A DNA stretch of 64,000 nucleotides from Azolla caroliniana (taxonomy: Eukaryota > Plantae > Polypodiophyta), in assembly GCA_043228905.1 (NCBI GenBank), contig JBHGNT010000001.1, positions 26,412,001 through 26,476,000 of the forward strand. The letters are read 5' to 3'. Position 1 is the first letter of the stretch, and every line of letters begins with the position of its first letter. The translations under genes and the position numbers were made by a program. Shown here one piece after another: positions 28,900 through 38,045 of the stretch. The notes under the pieces are model-generated. The model made no database searches. It saw nothing but the letters and a program-made list of their open reading frames with translations, and was not told the origin of the DNA.

Positions 28900-30016
28900 G
28901 ACAATGTGCAAAGCGGGGAAAATGACATCTGATGGACCATGAGTTTGTTCATCATGTGGATGGAGTACACGCCTACCCCAAGAGTTGTTTGAGAGGCTCC
29001 ACATCGTCAATCCACTTTGGGTGCAACTTCATGCACAAAGTTGTAAGGTGGCTGACATTTTGAATTGGGTGCCGGAGGGCGATTACATATTCATACCCAC
29101 ATTGCACTCATGTCATCTAGTGTTGTGGACAAAGATGTGGCACAACCCAACCGGTGTAGATGTTATGAAGGGGACCAACTAGGTACTCTACCACGATCCA
29201 GTTAATAATGAGGTGATTGTCACCTTGAAGAAGTTGGCATATATGGCGATACAAACGATATGTAACACGTTGACTGACCATTGCATTGTAATAGAGGGTC
29301 GACATCTCATCTTGCACATCCCAATGCAACGAAATGGGTGGGATTGTAGCTATTACATGATGCAATCCATTCAAATGCTAGTTCAGGACACAACAAAGAA
29401 AAAGGGGTGCATCCATCACGGAGAAATTTCATGCTATATTAGGAAAGTAAGAACACAGAACACACATTCACAATCAACAAGGATATTGCTTTCTTTGAAG
29501 TGGATAATATGGTTATTTGAGCATTTGTGAAGACAAGCAAAAAAGTGGTTTTCCAAATATTTTTAAATTGAAATGGCTCTGTATTCCTAGTGATAGATTT
29601 TGAAGTTTTGGCATTCGCAAGGATAGAGTAAACTTATGAAATGCTCGTATTCCTAGTGATAGATTTTGAAGTTTTGACATTCCTAAGGATCGAGTAAACT
29701 TATGAAATGCATGATGGTTAAATAGGAAGGGTGAGGAAGAAAACATTAACATACAATACTATATAGCCTCCATTTTGATGTTTGTCTCCCAAAATTGACC
29801 AAGAAGCAAATACTATGGAAGAGAGATTCGAACTCTAAACGTATTGACAAGAGGTGGTGGTTAGAGTAGGGCACTATTTTTATTGGCTTGTTTTTCTTAT
29901 AAAGATTGTAGGGTGCAGATTGCACGCGTTCTCAACTAAGCGCACTGCACCGTTCGTGGCCATGATTCCCTTGCCAGGAAGCTTTCTTTATGATTTGATA
30001 GCAGATAGACACGAGC
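28900..30016 (+). mobile_element. Old MULE remnant with Ulp1-like (peptidase C48) pseudogene and one TIR of the same family
   Basis: Broken ORFs read WVPEGDYIFIPTLHSCHLVL and HIPMQRNGWDCSYYMMQ (the Ulp1 F.P...H..L and P.Q.NG.DCG motifs). TIR at ~29905-30016 ends ...AGATAGACACGAGC. A partial duplicate of this terminus lies at ~30116-30154. Confidence 0.7.
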
Positions 30017-30309
30017 TAGAAACTGATACACACATAACATACATACATACATACATTCAATATATGATTCTCTTTTACATTCATGCATGCATACATACTT
30101 ACATACATACATACAGAAGCCTTCTTTATGATTTGATAGTAGATAGACACGAGCCAGAAACCGACGTGTCTATTATGACACAAATCATAAAGAGGCTTGG
30201 TGAGGGAATCGCGGCCACAGACGGTGCAGGTCGCTCAGAGAAGGCGCGTGTGATCTGCACCGTCCGATTTGGATGAGGAAGAAGGCGCCAAAAAAAAAGT
30301 TGCGCAGGC

Positions 30310-30690
30310 GGTCGCCCAACCCTGTCAGAGGTCTCCCAACCGTTTTTTTTTTAAATTTTTGGTTGATTTGGTCACCCAACCAACTCAAAAAAAAAAGTAG
30401 GTCACCCAACTGTTTATTTTTAAATAGGTTGGGTGACCTGTTTAACCAGGTTGGGAGACTCCTTTAGAGTTTATATTGAGTTGGTCACCCAACCAACTCA
30501 ATAAAAGAAGCAGGTCACCCAACTGTTGATTTTTAAAACAGTTGGGCGACCTGTTTATCCAGGTTGGGAGACTCCTTTAGAGTTTATATTGAGTTGGTCA
30601 CCCAACCAACTCAATAAAAGAAGTAGGTCACCCAACTGTTGATTTTTAAAACAGTTGGGAGGCCTGTTTATCCAGGTTGGGAGACTCCTT
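30310..30690. repeat. Left subterminal repeat array (GGTCACCCAAC / GTTGGG motifs, ~111-bp higher-order unit)
   Basis: Many GGTC[AG]CCCAAC and GTTGGG[ACT]GAC copies in both orientations, mirrored at 37370-37605. Confidence 0.85.
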
Positions 30691-30933
30691 TAGGGATGTC
30701 TATAAAAGCCCTAAACCTGTCATAATCTGTCATTTTTTCAAACGAGATTGACAGGTTGGGTTTGCCGGGAAAGAGGTGGGAGCTCCTCCATCACAAATCG
30801 TCTGTGGCTGCACAAATCGATCTCCTCCATCACAAATCGATCTCCTCCATCACTATTCCCAGGTATGCTCCTTGTTATTATATCTTCCACAATGTTATAT
30901 TCATCGCTTCTTAATAATAATGAAAACAAGCAA

Positions 30934-31347
30934 GATTGTATGGACCATATTGATGCATAGACATGTTTAAGCTTTAGGGTTTAGAGTCACTATAGACAAG
31001 AAGATTGTATGGACCATATTGATGCATAGACATGTTTAAGCTTTAGGGTTTAGAGTCACTATAGACAAGAAGATTGTATGGACCATATTGATGCATAGAC
31101 ATGTTTAAGCTTTAGGGTTTAGAGTCACTATAGACAAGAAGATTGTATGGACCATATTGATGCATAGACATGTTTAAGCTTTAGGGTTTAGAGTCACTAT
31201 AGACAAGAAGATTGTATGGACCATATTGATGCATAGACATGTTTAAGCTTTAGGGTTTAGAGTCACTATAGACAAGAAGATTGTATGGACCATATTGATG
31301 CATAGACATGTTTAAGCTTTAGGGTTTAGAGTCACTATAGACAAGAA
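30934..31347 (+). repeat. Six identical copies of a 69-bp minisatellite containing TTTAGGGTTTAG
   Basis: GATTGTATGG starts at 30934, 31003, 31072, 31141, 31210 and 31279. The array follows a putative 5'UTR donor CCAG|GTATGC at ~30862. Confidence 0.95.
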
Positions 31348-31655
31348 GATAAGCGAACCATAAGTGAAGTATAATAGGATCTAATAGGCAAGGCTTTGTT
31401 GATTTCCAGCCACTCTAATCCCAGCCAGTATCTTGAAGGCATAATCTAGAAGAGGATGTAACCACTCTTATCCACACTATAGGTGAGGCCTATCAAACTT
31501 ATTATGATCTTGCGTTCACTAGATTTGCTTGCTTAAACTTGATTTAATCATCTATATTTTGATTGTTGGTTTTAATGATTTGCTTGCTTAAACTTGATAT
31601 TTTGTGTGTTTGAGTACTAAAATCAAAAAATGTTTGATTACTTGAATGGTGGTAG

Positions 31656-32988
31656 ATGACTTCCAACTCCAAGTACAAAGATTGGTGGGATTTCGATAAC
31701 AGTGATATATATCCAACTCAAGAGAGGTATGTCACGAACCAATCTCCCCCAAGAATGGTTTAGGGTTTGATGCATGTATGTTGACTTGTGATTTGTTAAA
31801 GGGTCTTCGTTAGAAGACATTGGCGAAGTCGAGGAGCCGACATGTGTACGAGTGGGGACAAAATGGACCAAGATGCTCCTCCAAATGGTATGTGGATTTG
31901 GTGTCGTTGCAATATCTCAATCTTTATGCCAATCTTTATGTCAATCTTAAATATGTAACACAGGTGCAGAAGGAACAGTTGCTCCTCGTCCCGACTTGTT
32001 GTATAAGGTTGGAAGAGATGCAAATGGGAACAAGGCTCGTGCATGTATCTACACTGAGTTTTGCCGCCTCTCGCCAAGGTGGTATCGGAAAAAAAGTGAC
32101 ATGGAGTCACATTTACGCAGAGAACATGCAATAGACGTAGTCCTACCACGAGGGATGCGTATAGAGGAGGAGGAGGGTATTCCGGGGGCATGCTTTAACA
32201 GTTATGAGCGTCAAAGATCACTCAAAAGATTCATGGACCCGGAAATCAAGTACTATAGAAATCGACAAAAATATATCTGAAAGTTGAAGGTTAGGGCTGT
32301 TTCGAAATACAACTCTATTCCTGCTGAACTCCGTCTTGACACACAGGCAGAGTTCGTGGCACGATTTATGGACAAAGAGATGACTATATACGACTCCAAT
32401 AAGGATGAGCGTTTGGAGATGTTGACGAAGAAGATAGCAGCTGGTTTGGATTCTTATGTAAGTATGAGTGAGGATTTCATTTCAGATTGTTGGAGGGTTT
32501 ATTGGCAAAATTCAGATAATAAGATGTGTCTTATTGTGGTGAAACAGTGTAAAAAGGCGGGGATATCCACCCAACCGCAGGGTGTGTCCACGGATGTGGA
32601 TGAGAGTCAAAACCCATCTGAGGGTGGTGTGTCCACTCCACCGAGACGGAGACGACCGAAAATGCCAATCCGACGGAAGGAGGTCGAGTCAAACACTGAT
32701 GTTGTTTCCCTAACATCAGATTCAGATGACGTTGCATCGGATGTGGCCATAGTTCAAATTCAACATGGCAAGGGCATCGGATGTGGCCATATCTTCGACT
32801 TTTGTAAGTGTAATTGCAATTCCTTGTTCATGTGGATTGTGTATAGATGTGTTCTTATACATATTTGGTTACAGGGCACAGAGATGTGGTTCACCAAACG
32901 CGAAGTGGATTCACTTCGGATTCATGTGGACGAGTGGGCACGATCGGTATTAGGATTTGCACCTGCGACCGGTGGCTCCATATTGTAA
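31656..32988 (+). pseudogene. MULE accessory gene encoding a C2H2 zinc-finger protein, intron-containing, with one premature stop
   Basis: Exons 31656-31726, 31802-31887 and 31964-~32804 join in frame through GT-AG introns (MTSNSKYKDWWDF...PPNGAEGTVAPRPDLLYKV...). Motif CIYTEFC...YRKKSDMESHLRREH. TGA at 32278-32280 lies in a CpG context and the frame continues after it. A further donor GTAAGT at ~32805 and acceptor at ~32874 are present. Confidence 0.6.
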
Positions 32989-33225
32989 ATTTTGGGAATG
33001 TTGTTTTCAGCACAGATTTGGCTATAGAGCTGATGTTGTAACTATATTTTGGAATCCCCAAAAATTTTGTATAGTGAGAATCGACTCATTGTATATCGCG
33101 ATTACTTATTAATGGAAATGTTGTTTACAACAATTATTTATCTCAATCTGAATGTATTTATCTCAATCTGAATATTGTGGATGATCTGAATGTATGGTTT
33201 TAAACCAATCGCAAGTTGTGGTATT

Positions 33226-33490
33226 GTTATGGTCACCCAACCAGGTTAAAATTAATTATCTTTTGTTATGGTCACCCAACCAGGTTAAAATTAATTATCT
33301 TTTGTTATGGTCACCCAACCAGGTTGCCCAAACCTTTTAAAATTAATTATCTTTTGTTTTGGTCACCCAACCAGGTTGCCCAAACCTTTTAAAATTAATT
33401 ATCTTTTGTTTTGGTCACCCAACCAGGTTGCCCAAACCTTTTTAAATTAATTATCTTTTGTTTTGGTCACCCAACCAGGTCGCCCAACCT
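33226..33490 (+). repeat. Internal tandem array (38-59-bp units) carrying the subterminal GGTCACCCAACCAGGTT motif
   Basis: Five GGTCACCCAACCAGGT copies separated by AAAATTAATTATCTTTTG. Confidence 0.9.
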
Positions 33491-33659
33491 GTTATGTAAA
33501 CGGCCAGAAAAACGGTCATCTTAACATGTAAATTAATCACATTCTCTGTCACTTTAAACCATTCTCTGTCATTTTAATCATAGCTCATTGCATCTCCAAT
33601 ATCTGTCTTATAATCACATTCTGCGTCTTAATCACATTCTTATTTTGCACAATCTCTAA

Positions 33660-34105
33660 AAGCTAATCAGGATTAGTTATATTCTTAATCAGTTATAATC
33701 AGATTAGTTAGATTCTTAATCAGATTAGGGGGATTCTTAATCAGATTAGGGGGATTCTTAATCAGATTAGGGGGATTCTTAATCAGATTAGTTAGATTCT
33801 TAATCATCTTAGTTAGATTCTTAATCAGTTATAATCAGATTTTGTAGATTCTTAATAAGATTAGTTAGATTCTTAATCAGATTAGGGGGATTCTTAATCA
33901 GATTAGGGGGATTCTTAATCAGATTAGTTAGATTCTTAATCATCTTAGTTAGATTCTTAATAAGTTATAATCAGATTTTGTAGATTCTTAATAAGATTAG
34001 TTAGAGTCTTAATCATATTAGGGGGATTCTTAATCAGTTATAATCAGATTAGTTAGATTCTTATAACCAGATTAGTTAGATTCTTAATCAAATTAGTTAG
34101 ATTCA
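33660..34105 (+). repeat. ~21-bp unit minisatellite (ATTCTTAATCAGATTAG[TTAG/GGGG]) immediately upstream of the transposase ATG
   Basis: About 20 variant units read directly, ending a few bases before the ATG at 34112. Confidence 0.9.
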
Positions 34106-34111
34106 TTCGAG

Positions 34112-37036
34112 ATGAATCCCAACGAAATAGATTTAATCACATCCTTGTATGATTCTGAGGATGGTTATGCATCACCATACTCCGCAACCATCGACGATGA
34201 CTTGGATTCGTCTACATCCGAAGACTATGAGTCGGCTTCATCCGAAGAAGAGGCGGAGGAGGTTGATCCCTTCATGTATTGTTCGGCGAGGTATATTGCG
34301 TTCACTAGAGGTATGTATGATTTAATGCTTAAAGATTTATTAGGTCAAGTTAAGGTAACATTTGAAATATTAAGCACACTCGCAAGGGGGGCACCTCTTA
34401 ATTTACATGCATGGAGGCGCATGAAGAGTCGTCTCACGCTTATGAATGAGAATGCAATACACCTTAAGGCATCGCCTCATCTTCAGATTACGCACGTAGA
34501 GAAATGGAGGGAGATAGTATTGGCGTCACATTGTGGCGCATCGCACCGTTCTTTGACAGGTACTCTGACAGAATTAAAGAGAAATTGGTCCAATGACCTT
34601 CGTGACTATGGGATCCCTAGTGCGTATGTGAAAGCAGTGATTGACCAATGCGGTTGTCAAGTTGTGTCGAGGTTAACTCCATCTGACATGGAGGGGACAA
34701 GTGTCGTGAAATATAAAAAGTCTAGACCCATAGAAGTGATCAAGGTAGAGGCACATAGGGTTGATGATACGTTGATAGATGTTCAATTGAGGTATCACAC
34801 ACGCTTTTGTACAGGGGTCACAAGGGGTGCACATGTGACTAGGTATAATTGTCACCGATCCGGTGTGGCCAACAAGCAATATCCATGCACTCGACGTAGA
34901 AAGCATTCATCTCGATGTGGGTGTACTTTTCATGTGAACGCTCGAATGAATGGCGGGGTTGACCATGGGACAGTGACCCTTTCAATATATGGACCTCATA
35001 CGGGTCATGTACCGGGAAGTAGACCAGATGCATACTATTTGCCAGTGGCCCCAAATGTTATAAGTTGTTGTAGAGATGACCTTTTTGATGTTGGTTGCGC
35101 ACGACACGTGGCACGGATGAGCATGCGTAAGGAAGCATATCATAAGTCCAAGGCTAGTCCATTAGACCTTGTGAGTTATAGGTTCTTTATGATACCAAAG
35201 GAGGTCAATAACATGGCCAACAAGTTAAAAATCGGGAGTGCCATGTCAGGGGTTGATTGGTCTTTGATGATGCAAGATGCCTATGCCCTCCGAGATCTTG
35301 GGAAGGTGGCTCATGTCCAACCCTACTTGCCTGGTGAATATGGATCTCCCGCAAGGCAACCGTTCATCTTGGTTCTCCAAGATGAATGGATGTTAGAGAT
35401 GTGTGAGCGACTGTCGATAAACAACTCTTGGGCAATCGACTCCACGTTTAAAACAAACCAATTTGGCTTGCCATTATATGCAGTTGTGGCTCCAAATGCC
35501 ATGGGAGTTGGTATCCCATTATGGTACATGATATGTAGTTCTGATAAGGGGTCTAACCATGAGCAAGTAGCTTTAGAAACTTGCTTGAGAGTCATATTTG
35601 CACGGATGCCCAATGTGAGGCCAAATGCCATAGTCATCGATAAAAGTTGGACATCGTATAATGCCATAAGTAATGTGGTTGCAACAGACCGATTATCTTG
35701 GATAGTTACAAATGGGCAAAGGTCGCAAACACATTGTCGACTTTTGTTGTGTCACTTCCATGCAAAAAAAGCATGGTTGGACAACTTGTTGCCAAAGGTA
35801 AGTGCAAGTGAGAGAAACCACCTTTATAATCGGATGTGCCAACTCATGCAATGCATTACGGAATCCACATTCAATGCCCAATGTGAGGACTTAAAGGTAG
35901 AATATGCAAACAAGCCAGGTGTTTGGCAATATATAGAAGGAGGATGGTGTGGCTTGACATGTGTGTGGAGGAAACTGTGGCCCAAATTTGGTAGAATGTT
36001 CAACTACGGACATGTTGACACTACCAATCTTGTGGAGAGACATTGGCAGTTTATCAAATATACTGCCTTAAGAGGGAGGATAAACCGATCAATTACCGAT
36101 CTTGTGCATGTTTTAATCGGGGACAGTCAAACTGGCACTTGCATCGGGGGTACTGTTATTGAATGGTACAAGCAACGACAAGAAATATGTGAGAGTGGTA
36201 GATTTGCACCACGTGCAAATTGTAGGGATCAAACAACTAGACTTAAAGAGGCCGAAAGGCTACTAGAGAGGTATGAAACTAATAATGCGACAATGCATAT
36301 TGTGGACGAGCCTCGATATTGGTTTAAAATATTGAGCTTGACAAAACCGGATGTATGGTATAATGTATCGCTCCAATGTTCATATTGTGATTGCCACGAC
36401 CCTGCGAGTAAATGTAAGCATATACTTGGCATCAGGATGATTATTGAGAGGCACATGCCACATCTATGTGGGTCATTGCCTTTTATAGATCATGCAACCT
36501 ATATGCGCAATGACCATTTCACAGAGACGGAAATGGAGACAGAGGTAGAACCAGTCGAGGAGACAAACCCTATAACATCACGAGTGGAGGAATGTTTGTC
36601 GAAATTACAAACGCTTGAGGGGGCTATTCAATGTTTTAAGCAAGGGTTACAATCCCTCGACTGTGCAGCAATTTTGGCATGTATGGAGTCCATTCAAGAA
36701 ACAAGTGAGACATTGGTGTATCACACAGGTGCACCGAAACCAACTAACGAAGAAGACCGTGGATCCATAGGGCGTAAGCAAGCAATTGGTGCAAAAAGGG
36801 GAGCATCAATCAACATTTCACAAGATCTTATTGGCAGCTCCCCAAACACTTCCAAGGCACACACAGGAAAAATGCAAAGAGGCGCAAGTCGAGCTAGGAG
36901 GCGGTTGCCAATATGTGCGACAGATAAAATGCGATGCTTGCATTGCGATGCCTTGACCTTTAGATCAAGGGACTCAAATGTTGATTGTTGCAAGAATTGT
37001 GGTCGCATCTTGCCATCATCTCCGGATGAGCCATAA
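34112..37036 (+). CDS. MULE (Mutator-superfamily) DDE transposase with SWIM zinc finger, 974 aa, uninterrupted ORF
   Basis: WRKY/GCM1-like finger (CHRSG...CGCTFHV...HTGH), D in AIDSTFKTN, D in IVIDKS, the CxxH motif LCHFH, E in TTNLVERHW, SWIM finger CDC...CKH and a C-terminal CLHC...CKNC finger. The ORF lies inside TIRs with a 9-bp TSD. Confidence 0.92.
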   Translation: MNPNEIDLITSLYDSEDGYASPYSATIDDDLDSSTSEDYESASSEEEAEEVDPFMYCSARYIAFTRGMYDLMLKDLLGQVKVTFEILSTLARGAPLNLHAWRRMKSRLTLMNENAIHLKASPHLQITHVEKWREIVLASHCGASHRSLTGTLTELKRNWSNDLRDYGIPSAYVKAVIDQCGCQVVSRLTPSDMEGTSVVKYKKSRPIEVIKVEAHRVDDTLIDVQLRYHTRFCTGVTRGAHVTRYNCHRSGVANKQYPCTRRRKHSSRCGCTFHVNARMNGGVDHGTVTLSIYGPHTGHVPGSRPDAYYLPVAPNVISCCRDDLFDVGCARHVARMSMRKEAYHKSKASPLDLVSYRFFMIPKEVNNMANKLKIGSAMSGVDWSLMMQDAYALRDLGKVAHVQPYLPGEYGSPARQPFILVLQDEWMLEMCERLSINNSWAIDSTFKTNQFGLPLYAVVAPNAMGVGIPLWYMICSSDKGSNHEQVALETCLRVIFARMPNVRPNAIVIDKSWTSYNAISNVVATDRLSWIVTNGQRSQTHCRLLLCHFHAKKAWLDNLLPKVSASERNHLYNRMCQLMQCITESTFNAQCEDLKVEYANKPGVWQYIEGGWCGLTCVWRKLWPKFGRMFNYGHVDTTNLVERHWQFIKYTALRGRINRSITDLVHVLIGDSQTGTCIGGTVIEWYKQRQEICESGRFAPRANCRDQTTRLKEAERLLERYETNNATMHIVDEPRYWFKILSLTKPDVWYNVSLQCSYCDCHDPASKCKHILGIRMIIERHMPHLCGSLPFIDHATYMRNDHFTETEMETEVEPVEETNPITSRVEECLSKLQTLEGAIQCFKQGLQSLDCAAILACMESIQETSETLVYHTGAPKPTNEEDRGSIGRKQAIGAKRGASINISQDLIGSSPNTSKAHTGKMQRGASRARRRLPICATDKMRCLHCDALTFRSRDSNVDCCKNCGRILPSSPDEP

Positions 37037-37369
37037 ATGTTTGGTAACTTTCAACTTTTATGTTTTGCCAGGATTATTTGTTTTAACAGAAGTATGGTAA
37101 AGATCGTCGGTTTTAAGTAATTTAAGGTTGAATTTTGTGACTATTTGATATGTTATTGTAAGTTTACATTCTTCGTTTTATGTTTTAAATGTTTTTTAAC
37201 TTTCAACTTTTATGTTTTAATATGATTATTTGTTTTAACATAAGTATGGTAAAGATCGTCGGTTTTAAGTATTTTAAGGTTGAATTTTGTGACTATTTGA
37301 TATGTTATTGTAAGTTTTAAGGGTAATTAACAAGCTTATTTGAAGATTTTGGTTGGAATGATACATTTG

Positions 37370-37605
37370 GTTGGGCGACCTGCAACGGTTGGGAGACCAA
37401 TCGGTTGGGCAACCTGTAACTGTCAGGGTTGGGTGACCTAAAACGGTTGGGCAACTTGCAACAGTCATAGTTGGGTGACCAATTTCGGTTGGGCGACCAA
37501 CGACTCAGAGTTGGGTGACCTCTGACAGGGTTGGGTGACCATCGACTCAGAGTTGGGTGACCTCTGACAGGGTTGGGTGACCATCGACTCAGAGTTGGGC
37601 GACCT
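37370..37605. repeat. Right subterminal repeat array (GTTGGGTGACC; 42-bp unit repeated)
   Basis: GACTCAGAGTTGGGTGACCTCTGACAGGGTTGGGTGACCATC repeats in tandem and is the inverse of the left-end motifs. Confidence 0.88.
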
Positions 37606-37831
37606 CTGACAACTTTTTTTTTCGCGCGCTCTTCCTTATCGAAATCTGACGGTGCAGATCGCACGCACCTTCCTCTAGGCGACCTGCACCGTCTGTGGCC
37701 GCGATTCCCTCACCAGCCCTCTTTATGATTTGGTGCAGGATAGCAACGAGCGCCAGAAACTGATACACACATAACATACATTCATACATACATATTATAC
37801 ATGCGTGCATGCATACATACATTCAATATAC

Positions 37832-37862
<31 letters not shown>

Positions 37863-38045
37863 GCTTCTCTTTCTTACATTAGGATCCAAAGCTACTACTT
37901 CTGCTGCTACTTTTAAGCAGAAACTGCGCCACAATCCCAAATGCAAATGGAAGCAAATCGACCATGCCCACCAATCCCTGCATGATGATGATGTATTAGC
38001 CTTGCCTGTCTGTCTTACACCTTGCCATGATCCTCAGAGGGGGAT

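Larger units (their letters stand above)
30162..37751 (+). mobile_element. Full-length Mutator-like DNA transposon (7590 bp) with two genes
   Basis: ~150-bp TIRs (left CGACGTGTCTATTATGACACAAATCATAAAGAGG; right rev-comp GCTCGTTGCTATCCTGCACCAAATCATAAAGAGG). Exact 9-bp TSD GCCAGAAAC at 30153-30161 and 37752-37760. Subterminal GGTCACCCAAC repeats at both ends. Intact DDE/SWIM transposase ORF. Confidence 0.93.

Noticed and set aside
30934-31347. Regular repeat array resembling a CRISPR
   Set aside because: The units are identical head-to-tail with no unique spacers, there are no cas genes and the context is eukaryotic.
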